64,000 nt of DNA, from positions 13,688 to 77,687 of the forward strand of contig JBAZUO010000004.1 of NCBI GenBank assembly GCA_041661345.1. Reading direction: 5' to 3'. The notes under the pieces were generated by a model that saw only the letters and a list, made by a program, of their open reading frames with translations, was not told the origin of the DNA and did not search any database. A program made the translations under genes and the position numbers. Shown in pieces: positions 37,330-47,231 of the stretch. The stretch is from Candidatus Omnitrophota bacterium (lineage in GTDB: Bacteria > Omnitrophota > Gorgyraeia > 2-01-FULL-45-10). The stretch's first letter is position 1. Each line of letters starts with the position of its first letter.

Positions 37330-39411
37330 TTAATTGCGCCACACCCATGATTCTATCGTGTCTTTAAAAAACAGGGTTTGCTTACTGATATTTTTTCGCG
37401 GGATAAATAACTGAGATGTATGGCCATTTCTTATTGCACCCTTGGCAAAAATTGCGTTCTCTTTTATAACGGCTCTTATTCGCATTTCCGCGTTATTGTA
37501 ATTATTTCCTTCGTCATCGTATAAGTGCAGCCATTCTTTAATGAGTGCGGGATAAAAATGACATAGCTTTTTCCATATAAACCATCCTCCTTCGCGTTTT
37601 GATTTTTTAGTATCGCCTATATCGCTGTCAAAATACCGTCGAACCATCAGATTCTTTCTGGCTATACAAACTGATATCTTCCCCTTAAAGGCTTTTTTTT
37701 CATCCTCGGTCATACCATCGATAAATTTTTTGGATATCGGGTTGTCTTTGTCCAAAACCTCGTATTGATTTTTGCCATTGCCCGAAAATTCCTCACTTTT
37801 GGTTTTCCAATTTTCAAAAGAATTTTCATACGCCGTGCTTTCGGGCGTATATTTCCAGTAACCATTTTGATGTTTCGGCGGTGGAGCAGTAGATGGGGGG
37901 CGCAAATGATTTCCCTTGTCCAGAGTAATTTCAGCCCCCGGCTCTTTCCAAAGCCTTTCAAATTCATCTGCATATTCTTCCACTATGGAAGGTATGATTA
38001 CGAGGTTCTCGTTATTTTTCTGCCACGCCGACTTGGTCCAATTATAGCTTCCTGTGACGGTGGTATTCCCGATAATGGCGAATTTATTATGCATCGTGAC
38101 GCCTTCGATGCGATGGTATCTTATTTTTAACGAACCTCTTCCCCGGGAAGGCAGGCCTTTGTTATTCGCTTTTTGCTGTAGATCGAATAGATGTTTTACT
38201 ACCGAGTCTTTTCGTGATTCCTGGGTCTTGTCGAGCAGTATCTCTATATCAAAACCCTTTTCTTTCGCCTCGAAAAGTTTTTCCGCGATCTCATTATCGG
38301 TAAAGAAATAGAGAGCTATCTGTATCTTGGTGGGTATGCCGGCGGGATTTTCCTTGATGGCCTGCGATATTATATTCTTTATACATTCATTACAGCGGTC
38401 GCGCGGAGAGAATAGCACGCCTACGCGCCCGGGAGGCGCAGTATCACGCTGCGGCCAGAGCTTATCTTTCTCGCCTTCCCACATGTACTTAAACTCTTCC
38501 ATGAAAGGCGTCGCGCATGGCAACACTATCACGTTTTCTCTGTTGGATTCGGCCTTATCGGTCCAATTGTAGCTTCCGCTGTAAACTATTTCATTGTCTA
38601 TTATCATGAACTTATCGTGCATGAGTCCGCTCTTTCTCAGTTTACTTCTTACGTCAAACCCTTCCTTCTTCAGGCGCTTTTCGATTTTACTATTATTGTG
38701 CAAATGCACCCTTATTTTTACGCCCCTGCTCTTGGCCCGCTCGAGAGCCTGGACTATTTCTTCATTGTCGAAATTGAATATCGCCGCGTCGATGCAATTT
38801 TGCGCGCTATCGATAGCATCTGCTATGGCTCTGTGACAATGGCCCTCGGGAGTGAAAAGTACTTTTATTTCTTTCTTTAATCCGACAAACTCCGCCTCGG
38901 TGATCTCCTCTATGTATACGGGCTTTTCGAAATCATCTTTAATTAATTTATATTTGCCTGTATGCGAATTTTCCTCTTTTATAAAGTAATGCGCTATTCG
39001 TTCAGGACTATTTTTATCTTCTCTATACTTGATATACAGCCCTTCATTTTTCGGTATCTTAAATACATGAACGCTGCCTTTCGTTGTACGAGACAGCAAT
39101 TGCTGCAGCGCGTATATAGGATAATTATATTTGATTACTTTTGCCGTGATGAGGTGAGTCTGAAGCAGGCAGGCGTCGCGCCTGAATTCTTCGGAAACTA
39201 ACTTGTCGTTTTCGCAAAGCACAGCGTCGGACCCGTTTACTGCTATCTGCGGCGCCTCGCAAAAGCGTGAGCGTGGGCTTATAGTTTGGGCGGTACATTC
39301 CGGAGGGGCAAGCGAAGAAACTGTAGTGATTAAAAAAGACCATATAGTTATGCCTATTACGCACATCCTATATGGCCGTTTACCTGAACTGCGCCAAGCC
39401 CATGCTACCCT
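37330..39411 (-). CDS. Secreted phospholipase D-superfamily protein with two HKD motifs and a ~200-aa uncharacterised C-terminal domain.
   Basis: HDKFMIIDNEIVYSGSYNWT and HNKFAIIGNTTVTGSYNWT. N-terminal signal peptide CVIGITIWSFLITTVSSLA. Confidence 0.75.
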   Translation of the reverse strand, partial: RVAWAWRSSGKRPYRMCVIGITIWSFLITTVSSLAPPECTAQTISPRSRFCEAPQIAVNGSDAVLCENDKLVSEEFRRDACLLQTHLITAKVIKYNYPIYALQQLLSRTTKGSVHVFKIPKNEGLYIKYREDKNSPERIAHYFIKEENSHTGKYKLIKDDFEKPVYIEEITEAEFVGLKKEIKVLFTPEGHCHRAIADAIDSAQNCIDAAIFNFDNEEIVQALERAKSRGVKIRVHLHNNSKIEKRLKKEGFDVRSKLRKSGLMHDKFMIIDNEIVYSGSYNWTDKAESNRENVIVLPCATPFMEEFKYMWEGEKDKLWPQRDTAPPGRVGVLFSPRDRCNECIKNIISQAIKENPAGIPTKIQIALYFFTDNEIAEKLFEAKEKGFDIEILLDKTQESRKDSVVKHLFDLQQKANNKGLPSRGRGSLKIRYHRIEGVTMHNKFAIIGNTTVTGSYNWTKSAWQKNNENLVIIPSIVEEYADEFERLWKEPGAEITLDKGNHLRPPSTAPPPKHQNGYWKYTPESTAYENSFENWKTKSEEFSGNGKNQYEVLDKDNPISKKFIDGMTEDEKKAFKGKISVCIARKNLMVRRYFDSDIGDTKKSKREGGWFIWKKLCHFYPALIKEWLHLYDDEGNNYNNAEMRIRAVIKENAIFAKGAIRNGHTSQLFIPRKNISKQTLFFKDTIESWVWRN

Positions 39412-39575
39412 CATACGAATCCACCCCCTTTGAGAGTCGGGCTTAATAAAAAATGCCTGGCAAAAATCTGTGCCAAGCATTGCATCATTTCTTTAATAAA
39501 TCCCAGGTGACAGTAAGTTTACCTTATAATATGAGGATTTACAATAGGCTCTCCCCTTACTTTTTCATTTCTAAA

Positions 39576-40889
39576 CTACCGCTTTTTACCATCCAGCTGT
39601 TCGAGCCACTCCTTGATCTTCTTCTCATGCCCGATTTTGGTGGGAATATAATAGATTTTATCGGAAGGCTTATATTCCTGCTTCACGTAATGGTTGTCGA
39701 AATCATGCGCATATTTATAATCTTTGCCGTGGCCGAACTCTTCACCATCGAGAGTGGCGTCCTTCAGGTGATCCGGTACATCCAGGACCTTGCCCTCCTC
39801 GACATCCTTTAACGCGGCTTCTATTCCCAGATACGCGGCGTTGGACTTCGGCGCGCACGCGACATAAACTGCCGCCTGCGCAAGCGGGATACGCGCCTCC
39901 GGCATCCCGACGAATTCCGAGACTTGCAATGCCGCGTTCGCGATAACTATCGCCTGGGGATCGGCGTTGCCGACGTCTTCCGCCGCGCATATGACGATGC
40001 GCCTGGCTATGAACCTCGGATCTTCGCCCGCGTAGATCATCTTCGCAAGCCAATAGAGCACAGCGTCGGGGTCGGACCCTCTCATGGATTTGATAAATGC
40101 CGATATCGTATCATAATGTCCGTCTTCATCTTTGTCGTACACCACGGCCTTCTTCTGAATAGACTCTTCCGCGACTTTCATCGTGAAACTGATCTTCTTA
40201 TCTTTACCTGCAGGCGTCGTTAACGCCCCCACCTCCAACGCCGAGAGCGCGCGCCGAGCGTCGCCTTCAGAAACATTTGCCAGATGCTTTAACGCATTTT
40301 CGTCCATCTCGACCGGAATTTTGCCCAGCCCTTTTTCCTTGTCGGAAAGCGCTGATTTTAATACTCTTATTATATCGTCGTCGGATAATTTTTTGAATTC
40401 GAATATCTGCGAGCGGGAGATAAGCGCCGCGTTGACGTAGAAAAACGGATTGTGGGTCGTCGTGCCAATAAGGATGGGGTTGCCGGCCTCAACGTCAGGC
40501 ATCAGGACATCCTGTTGGGCCTTATTGAAACGGTGAATTTCATCGATCAGCAGGATCGTGCGTTTCCCGTTTATGGATTCGCGTTTTTTCGCCTGGTCAA
40601 TGATGCGCCTTATATCAGCAACGTTGTTCGAGGCAGCGTTAATACGTTCAAAATACGATTTTGTCCTGTCGCTGATTATTAACGCGAGCGTCGTCTTGCC
40701 GCATCCAGGCGGGCCGTAAAGGATTATCGAAGAAATCTTGTCCGATTCTATCAGGCGGCGCAGCAGTTTGTCCGGGCCGAGAATATGTTCCTGGCCGATG
40801 AAATCATCGAGTTTTGACGGCCGCATTCTCGCCGCCAGCGGCTCGTTTCCGCCTTTCTCCTTCGTCTTTTCTTTATCGAACAGGTCCAT
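39576..40889 (-). CDS. rarA: Replication-associated recombination protein A (an AAA+ ATPase).
   Basis: [14 protein letters not shown]...[22 protein letters not shown]. The start is taken at MDLFDKEK. Confidence 0.85.
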   Translation of the reverse strand: MDLFDKEKTKEKGGNEPLAARMRPSKLDDFIGQEHILGPDKLLRRLIESDKISSIILYGPPGCGKTTLALIISDRTKSYFERINAASNNVADIRRIIDQAKKRESINGKRTILLIDEIHRFNKAQQDVLMPDVEAGNPILIGTTTHNPFFYVNAALISRSQIFEFKKLSDDDIIRVLKSALSDKEKGLGKIPVEMDENALKHLANVSEGDARRALSALEVGALTTPAGKDKKISFTMKVAEESIQKKAVVYDKDEDGHYDTISAFIKSMRGSDPDAVLYWLAKMIYAGEDPRFIARRIVICAAEDVGNADPQAIVIANAALQVSEFVGMPEARIPLAQAAVYVACAPKSNAAYLGIEAALKDVEEGKVLDVPDHLKDATLDGEEFGHGKDYKYAHDFDNHYVKQEYKPSDKIYYIPTKIGHEKKIKEWLEQLDGKKR

Positions 40890-41119
40890 AAAAAATCCCC
40901 GCGAGTGCCGTGTCAAGCTGAATTATCTTGATCCTGTTATTTACAGGTGGGTGCCCTCTTATAGATACCGAGGTATCCGTAAAGTTAGGCTCCCTAGTTT
41001 AGTGCTAATGGCTCAAGATTCTCCATTCGAATCACGCGCACCGCAGGGAATTTATCCTTCTAAAAAAAGTATATCACAAATTCCATGGAATGCAATCCTG
41101 CTTCGCAGGACAGGCTTTC

Positions 41120-43156
41120 TCACCTCAGCTTCGCGCCGAATTTTTCTTCGAGGGAACGGAGAACATCTGAATGGACGCCCAAAACCTCTTTATCTTCGAG
41201 GGTTTTCGCGTTATCCCGGTATTCGAGCCTGTAAGTCAGGCTTATCTTACCGTCGGGTATCTGTTTCCCGGCGTATCTGTCAACAAGCCTGACATCTTTC
41301 AGTATTGTGGCGCCTTTACTTTCGATCAAAGAGATGATATCTGCGTTTGAAATTCCTTTATTCACGACTATCGATATATCCCTGAAGACGGACGGATATC
41401 TCGGAAGCTCCATAAATCTTTTCTCGAGGTTTACGTGTTTTAAAATAGAGTCGATATCTACCTCCGAATAGTAAACGTTCTCTTTTATATCAAAATCCGT
41501 AAGCGTTCTCCGGCTGACCTCACCTAAAACACCTATATTGTCCTGGCCGGCATTGATGGACGCGCGGGCGGAAGGCGAAAGATTGCCGTCGCCTGTATCT
41601 GTGAATGAAACGTCTTTCACGCCGAGTTCCGACAATAATACCTGAATAACGCCTTTCAGATCGAAGAAGCTCGATTTCCGCGGACCGGATGATCCATCGG
41701 CAATCTCCCCCGCCATCCCTATCGAAAGGTGTTTTCTCTCGACAAATTTGCCATCCCCGTCTTTAATGTAGATATTTCCCAACTCAAAAAGTTTAAGGTC
41801 CTTCGTCTTTCTGTTTATGTTCCAAATGATGGAATTCAGCATCCCTCCGGCCAGATTCACTCTCATCGCCTCCTGCTCCCCCGATAGAGGATTTTTTACT
41901 TCTACGATTGCCTCCGGCAGTGATCCTGATTTTAAAATTATATCTTTGCTTAAAAGACTGTAAGTGATGATCTCATCTAACCCCATGCCGGTGAGAAGCG
42001 CCCTGATGAATTGCGCGATAGTTATATCATGCGATTCCCTGGCCGGGGACGCGGCCATGCCGGGTATCGTATCCGGTATCTTATCATATCCGTAAATTCT
42101 TGCCGCTTCTTCTATAAGGTCTATCTCATTTTTCAGGTCGCTCCTGAAACCGGGTATCGAGAATTTTATCTTATCTTTCGATGACGATATTATTTTAAGC
42201 CCCAGCGCAGTTAAGATCTTTTTGGCCTTTTGGGCCGGGATCTCAACGCCTAATACCGAATTTAACCTCGAGAACCTTAGTTCGACAGGCTTATTCTTTT
42301 CCTGTTTAGAACCGATATCTATAAACGCCTTCTCCTGGCCGCCGGCGAGCTCCATGATCATAGCGCTTGCCCTGGCTGACGCGTAGGAGATATTGGCAAG
42401 GTCGACCTTTCGTTCGAATCTATAGCTCGATTCGGATGGAAGCCCCAGCACCCTCGATGTTCTTCTTATGGATATCGGATCAAATGCCGCCGCCTCCAAC
42501 AGAATATTCTTAGTCGAAGCCGTAACTTCGGTATTCAACCCTCCCATTACACCTGCAACAGCAACGGGCCTTGAATCATCCGCTATTACAAGCACCCCCT
42601 CCTCGAGGGTTCTTTCCACGCCGTCTATCGTTGTGATCCGTTCGCCCTTTCTCGAAGTCCTTACTATTATTTTGCCTCCGGAGAGCCTGTCGAGATCGAA
42701 CGCATGCATCGGCTCACCCGTTTCGAACAGACAGAAATTTGTGATATCCACTACGTTATTTACGCTCTTTAGCCCCATTGCCTCGATGCGGGATTTAAGC
42801 CATTCGGGCGACTCTTCGATCTTGATATTTGATATCACCCGCGCCGTGTATCTCGGGCAGAGTTTTTTGTCCTCGATCTTCACATTAATAAGGTTCTTGG
42901 TTTCGGATTTGCGGTTTGCAGTAATAAGCGGTATTTTCAAAATCTTGCCGGTAAGCGCCGCGATCTCTCGCGCAACACCGATATATGAAAGCCAATCCGG
43001 CCTATTCGACGTTACCTCGATCTCGAGGATAGCATCATCGCCTTTTCTTTCCAGCGAATCCACCGTAAGCCCGGACATCGTCAAAAGCTCAGCGAGCTTT
43101 TCCGGGCTCAATTTAACATCAATATAATCTTTTAGCCAATTGTAATTTATCTTCAT
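41120..43156 (-). CDS. pheT: Phenylalanyl-tRNA synthetase beta subunit.
   Basis: MKINYNWLKDYIDV...; 678 aa (short form). Confidence 0.9.
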   Translation of the reverse strand: MKINYNWLKDYIDVKLSPEKLAELLTMSGLTVDSLERKGDDAILEIEVTSNRPDWLSYIGVAREIAALTGKILKIPLITANRKSETKNLINVKIEDKKLCPRYTARVISNIKIEESPEWLKSRIEAMGLKSVNNVVDITNFCLFETGEPMHAFDLDRLSGGKIIVRTSRKGERITTIDGVERTLEEGVLVIADDSRPVAVAGVMGGLNTEVTASTKNILLEAAAFDPISIRRTSRVLGLPSESSYRFERKVDLANISYASARASAMIMELAGGQEKAFIDIGSKQEKNKPVELRFSRLNSVLGVEIPAQKAKKILTALGLKIISSSKDKIKFSIPGFRSDLKNEIDLIEEAARIYGYDKIPDTIPGMAASPARESHDITIAQFIRALLTGMGLDEIITYSLLSKDIILKSGSLPEAIVEVKNPLSGEQEAMRVNLAGGMLNSIIWNINRKTKDLKLFELGNIYIKDGDGKFVERKHLSIGMAGEIADGSSGPRKSSFFDLKGVIQVLLSELGVKDVSFTDTGDGNLSPSARASINAGQDNIGVLGEVSRRTLTDFDIKENVYYSEVDIDSILKHVNLEKRFMELPRYPSVFRDISIVVNKGISNADIISLIESKGATILKDVRLVDRYAGKQIPDGKISLTYRLEYRDNAKTLEDKEVLGVHSDVLRSLEEKFGAKLR

Positions 43157-43157
43157 A

Positions 43158-44138
43158 TTAGAACTGCCTTAAGAATCTGACATCATTTTCGAAGAACATT
43201 CTTATATCGCCTATACCGTACTTCAACATCGCTATTCTCTCGACACCCATCCCGAAGGCAAGGCCCGTGACCTTTTTAGGATCATATCCGACGTTGGCGA
43301 AGACCTTCGGGTTGACCATTCCCGCACCGAGGATCTCGAGCCATCCCTTGCCCCATCTTATATCCATCTCCGCGCTCGGCTCGGTGAACGGGAAGAAGCT
43401 GGGCCTGAACCGCGTCTGTATGGAATTTCCGAACATCGTTTTGGCAAATATGTTTAATACGCCTTTAAGATCGGAAAATTTTATATCACTGCCAACGGCA
43501 AGGCCTTCCACTTGATGGAACATGAATGAGTGCGAGGCGTCGGTCGCGTCGGGCCTGAAAACCTTCCCCGGGACTATTATGGAAAATGGCGGCTTATTCT
43601 TCTCCATAAAGCGTGTCTGAACCGGAGAAGTGTGGCTGCGCAATAAGAATTTCTCTTCGGATTTTAAATAGAATGTGTCGAACGCGTCGCGCGAGGGGTG
43701 CTCGAGCGGGATATTAAGCGTCTCGAAATTATAATGCTCCGTCTCTATCTCCGGCCCTTCAACGACTCTAAATCCAAGCCCCGAGAATATCCGGCATATG
43801 TCCGATATCGTCCTGGTTATGGGATGAATTTTACCCGGTCTTTGCGATATGCCCGGCAGTGTTATGTCGAGACGGTCTTTCGATTCTTCCGTCGCGGCAG
43901 CGGACTTGATCTTATCGTTAAGGGCCCTGGCGACATTCTCTTTTACAATGTTAATGAGCTTGCCGATCTCGGGACGGTCCTCCGGCGGAAGAGAGCTCAT
44001 CTTCTTGAAAAGTTCGGTCAGGATGCCTTTTCTACCCAGATATTTAATACGCAGTGTCTCAAGCAGATCCCTATTGGGTAAAGAAAGCCCTATCTCCTTA
44101 AGGGCCTCTTCCTCAAAGCGTTTTAGAGCGTCTTTCAT
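43158..44138 (-). CDS. pheS: Phenylalanyl-tRNA synthetase alpha subunit.
   Basis: HPITRTISDI...FRPSFFPFTEPSAEMD.... Confidence 0.9.
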   Translation of the reverse strand: MKDALKRFEEEALKEIGLSLPNRDLLETLRIKYLGRKGILTELFKKMSSLPPEDRPEIGKLINIVKENVARALNDKIKSAAATEESKDRLDITLPGISQRPGKIHPITRTISDICRIFSGLGFRVVEGPEIETEHYNFETLNIPLEHPSRDAFDTFYLKSEEKFLLRSHTSPVQTRFMEKNKPPFSIIVPGKVFRPDATDASHSFMFHQVEGLAVGSDIKFSDLKGVLNIFAKTMFGNSIQTRFRPSFFPFTEPSAEMDIRWGKGWLEILGAGMVNPKVFANVGYDPKKVTGLAFGMGVERIAMLKYGIGDIRMFFENDVRFLRQF

Positions 44139-44145
44139 CTGTAAT

Positions 44146-44493
44146 TTACGCCTTAATGGCCTCGATCAATTTCGTAAACGCCTTGGCATCCGATACCGCA
44201 AGTTCAGCGAGCATCTTCCTGTCTATCGCGATCTTGGCCTTCTTCATGCCCTGCATAAAACGTGAATACGATATACCGTGCAACCTGCAGGCGGCATTGA
44301 TACGCACTATCCAGAGCGAACGGAAATCGCGTTTGCGTGCTTTCCGGTCTCTGTAACTGTACATCATGCCTTTTGCTACAGACTCCATGGCGCGCTTATG
44401 AAAACGTGACCTGCCGCCCCATTGGCCTTCCGCGGCCTTCATTACCCGTTTTTTACGCTTGTGAGCTGCGACTGCGTGTTTTACTTTTGGCAT
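44146..44493 (-). CDS. rplT: 50S ribosomal protein L20.
   Basis: MPKVKHAVAAHKRKKRVMKAAEG.... Confidence 0.95.
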   Translation of the reverse strand: MPKVKHAVAAHKRKKRVMKAAEGQWGGRSRFHKRAMESVAKGMMYSYRDRKARKRDFRSLWIVRINAACRLHGISYSRFMQGMKKAKIAIDRKMLAELAVSDAKAFTKLIEAIKA

Positions 44494-44514
44494 TGTGTCC
44501 TCCGATTTGCTATT

Positions 44515-44715
44515 TTACGCTCCGTATGGCAGCAATTTATTGATACTCTTTATCATGCCTTTTGACACAAAGGCGGGTTTACCAAGATGCCTCTTTCTTT
44601 TCGCATTCTTACTGGTTAACAGATGGCGCCTGCCGGCCTTAAAATACCTGGCCTTACCGGATTTCGTTATCCGCATCCTCTTTTGAACGCTTCTATTCGT
44701 CTTAAGTTTAGGCAT
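44515..44715 (-). CDS. rpmI: 50S ribosomal protein L35.
   Basis: MPKLKTNRSVQKRMRITKSGK.... Confidence 0.95.
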   Translation of the reverse strand: MPKLKTNRSVQKRMRITKSGKARYFKAGRRHLLTSKNAKRKRHLGKPAFVSKGMIKSINKLLPYGA

Positions 44716-44731
44716 ATATTTTCTCTTTCTC

Positions 44732-45241
44732 CTATTTCGCCCTTATCACCATATTGATGAACCTGCCCTCTTGTCTCGCAGGTTCTTCTATCTCGCCTAT
44801 TTGCGAGATGTCACTCGACAGCCTCTCCAGAAGTTTCCTGCCTAAATCCACGTGGGCCATCTCCCTGCCCCTGAACATCATGGTGACTTTCACCTTGTCG
44901 CCTCTTTTAATAAAATCTTCGAGATTTCTTAATTTAAACTGATAATCGTGCTCGCCTATTTTAGGGCCAAGACGTATCTCTTTTAAATGTATGACCTTCT
45001 GCTTCTTGCGCGCCTCTTTCTCCCTTTTTTCCTGCTCGTATTTATATTTGGAATAATCCATTATTCTGCATACCGGTGGAACTGCCGTCGGTGCAACCTC
45101 AACAAGATCCAACCCCGCTTCCTCGGCACGCTTCAACGCTTCTTCAGTAGCCAACACGCCGAGTTGCTCGCCATTTTCGCCCACCGCCCTGACTTCTCTC
45201 ACTCTGATCCTATTATTGATCCTCAGCTCTTTCTTAGCGAT
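44732..45241 (-). CDS. infC: Translation initiation factor IF-3, probably starting at a non-AUG codon (ATC at 45239-45241).
   Basis: In frame, upstream of the track's internal start, the sequence reads IAKKELRINNRIRVREVRAV, the canonical IF-3 N-terminus. A GGAGGTG RBS lies 5 nt upstream of the ATC. There is no in-frame ATG/GTG/TTG in this stretch. Confidence 0.8.
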   Translation of the reverse strand: MAKKELRINNRIRVREVRAVGENGEQLGVLATEEALKRAEEAGLDLVEVAPTAVPPVCRIMDYSKYKYEQEKREKEARKKQKVIHLKEIRLGPKIGEHDYQFKLRNLEDFIKRGDKVKVTMMFRGREMAHVDLGRKLLERLSSDISQIGEIEEPARQEGRFINMVIRAK

Positions 45242-45256
45242 AAACCCACCTCCTGT

Positions 45257-46972
45257 TTATTTTATCTTTTCGTCGATTTCTTTTTTCAACATCTGCACAA
45301 ACTCTTCTATAGTTTTCTTGCCCATATCGCCCTGAGTCTTCGACCTTACAGACAAGGTCCCTTCGGCAGCTTCTTTCTCGCCCAGCACTATCATGTACGG
45401 GACCTTATCCATCTCGGCGTCCCTTATCTTCTTCTGCAAACGCTCATTACGCGAATCAAGGCTGACCCTGATCTCCAGGGCCGTCAGGATCGACTCTACC
45501 TTCTTCGCGTACTGAAAGGCCTTCTCCGATACCGGTATTATAGCACATTGGGTCGGCGCAAGCCACATGGGCATCGCCCCGGCAAAATGTTCGATGAGGG
45601 CGCCCATGAAGCGTTCGAGCGAGCCCAGTATTACCCTGTGAAGCATTATCGGGCGCTGTTTATTGCCTGTCTCGTCTATATAAGCGAGATCGAATCTCTC
45701 GGGAAGCGCAAAATCGCACTGGATAGTGGCACATTGCCACTCGCGCTTCAATGCGTCCTTCAGTTTAATATCTATCTTCGGCCCGTAGAAGGCGCCGTCG
45801 CCTTCGTTGATCGTGTAATTTAAATATTTTCTCTTCAATGCGCCGACCAGGGCACGCTCGGCCGCGGCCCAATCCGCGTCATTTCCGATCGATTTTTCGG
45901 GACGGGTCGATATCTCGACGGAGAAATCTTCGAATCCGAATACGTTCAATGTATCGATTACGAAATCTATGACCTTTATGATCTCGTCTTCCACCTGGTC
46001 CCTTAAACAGAATATATGCGCATCGTCCTGGGTGAACCCTCTTACGCGCAGGAGCCCGTGGAGAACCCCGGATTTCTCATTTCTGTAGACGGTGCCTAAT
46101 TCAAAATATCTGATCGGAAGGTCACGGTAACTTCTCGTCTTCGATTTATACACGAGAATATGGCCGGGGCAGTTCATAGGTTTTATCGCGTACTCTTGCC
46201 CCTCTATTTTGAATATGTACATGTTCTCTTTGTAATAATCGTAGTGACCCGACGTCATCCATATGTCGCTCTTCATTATGTGGGGGCCCAGAACAAGCTC
46301 ATACCCCCTCTTCAGGTGTTCCTTTCTTATGTAGTTTTCGATTATGCTCCTCAACATCGCCCCTTTCGGGTGATATAAGACAAGCCCCGGCCCAACCTCT
46401 TCGTTGAAGCTGAAATATTCCAGCTGTTTACCGAGCAGCCTGTGATCGCGCCTCTTGGCCTCTTCGATCATGGCGAGATATGCCTTTAAATCTTTTTCGG
46501 TCTCGAACGCGGTCCCATATATTCTCTGAAGCATCGGATTCGTCTCGATGCCGTGCCAATACGCCCCCGCGATCGAAAGAAGTTTGAACGCCTTTATCTT
46601 ACCGGTAGATTCGATATGCGGCCCGCGGCATAGATCCGTAAAATCCCCGTCTTTGTAGATCGTGACCGTATCTTCCGGGATCCTTTCTATCAATTCCAAT
46701 TTATACTTCTCGCCCATATTTTTGAAAAGCCTGATGGCGTCCTCTTTTTTCAGCTCCGTCCTCTCGAAGGTGCAATTCTTTTTTATGATCTCACGCATCT
46801 TAGCTTCGATCTTCTCGAGGTCTTCGGGTGTAAAAGGCTCTTCTTTGTCAAAATCATAATAAAAGCCGTCCTCGATCGATGGGCCTATGCCCAGGCGTAT
46901 CTTTGGCCACAGGCTTTTAACCGCCTGCGCCATCACGTGCGATGTCGAATGTCTTAGTACCGATAAATCCAT
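45257..46972 (-). CDS. thrS: Threonyl-tRNA synthetase (lacks the N-terminal TGS domain).
   Basis: Class II synthetase core; 571 aa. Confidence 0.9.
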   Translation of the reverse strand: MDLSVLRHSTSHVMAQAVKSLWPKIRLGIGPSIEDGFYYDFDKEEPFTPEDLEKIEAKMREIIKKNCTFERTELKKEDAIRLFKNMGEKYKLELIERIPEDTVTIYKDGDFTDLCRGPHIESTGKIKAFKLLSIAGAYWHGIETNPMLQRIYGTAFETEKDLKAYLAMIEEAKRRDHRLLGKQLEYFSFNEEVGPGLVLYHPKGAMLRSIIENYIRKEHLKRGYELVLGPHIMKSDIWMTSGHYDYYKENMYIFKIEGQEYAIKPMNCPGHILVYKSKTRSYRDLPIRYFELGTVYRNEKSGVLHGLLRVRGFTQDDAHIFCLRDQVEDEIIKVIDFVIDTLNVFGFEDFSVEISTRPEKSIGNDADWAAAERALVGALKRKYLNYTINEGDGAFYGPKIDIKLKDALKREWQCATIQCDFALPERFDLAYIDETGNKQRPIMLHRVILGSLERFMGALIEHFAGAMPMWLAPTQCAIIPVSEKAFQYAKKVESILTALEIRVSLDSRNERLQKKIRDAEMDKVPYMIVLGEKEAAEGTLSVRSKTQGDMGKKTIEEFVQMLKKEIDEKIK

Positions 46973-47009
46973 AATCTAACCTTCCTACCTTCCTTAAAGG
47001 AAAGGATCC

Positions 47010-47135
47010 TTGAAGGGAAACCTTGGTTTCCCTTCAAAACGATTTGGTCGCAAGACCTGCTGTTGTTTGACAGCCGACAGGGCGGAGGGCAAAAAACAAC
47101 ACAACATTTTTTGGCCCGAAGCCCAAATCGTTTAG
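47010..47135 (-). repeat. Conserved hairpin (47010-47037, ttgaagggaaaccttggtttcccttcaa) plus tRNA-trailer element copy D (47036-47135), abutting the tRNA-Leu(UAA) CCA.
   Basis: aaaacgatttggtcgcaagacctgctg...ttttttggcccgaagcccaaatcgtttag. The 11-bp terminal complementarity is perfect. Confidence 0.6.
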
Positions 47136-47221
47136 TGGTGGGCAAGGAGGGAGTCGAACCCTCATGGCCTTGCGGCCAGTGACTTTTAAGGCCACCGTGT
47201 ATGCCTTTCCACCACTTGCCC
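47136..47221 (-). tRNA. tRNA-Leu, anticodon UAA, with a long variable arm. Continuous; no intron.
   Basis: Reverse complement gives GGGCAAGTGGTGGAAAGGCATACACGGTGGCCTTAAAAGTCACTGGCCGCAAGGCCATGAGGGTTCGACTCCCTCCTTGCCCACCA. The anticodon stem is GTGGC/GTCAC with loop CTTAAAA. Confidence 0.85.
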
Positions 47222-47231
47222 GAAAATTATT

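Noticed and set aside
39742-40053. Arg/Gly-rich 103-aa ORF, and other antisense ORFs: 32910-33560, 36041-36922, 40738-41292, 21604-22161, 44987-45823.
   Set aside because: All are embedded antisense or out of frame within well-supported genes, and have biased composition.
47136-47221. Group I intron in tRNA-Leu(UAA), given the adjacent LAGLIDADG gene.
   Set aside because: The tRNA folds as a continuous 86-nt molecule with an intact CTTAAAA anticodon loop. No insertion is present.
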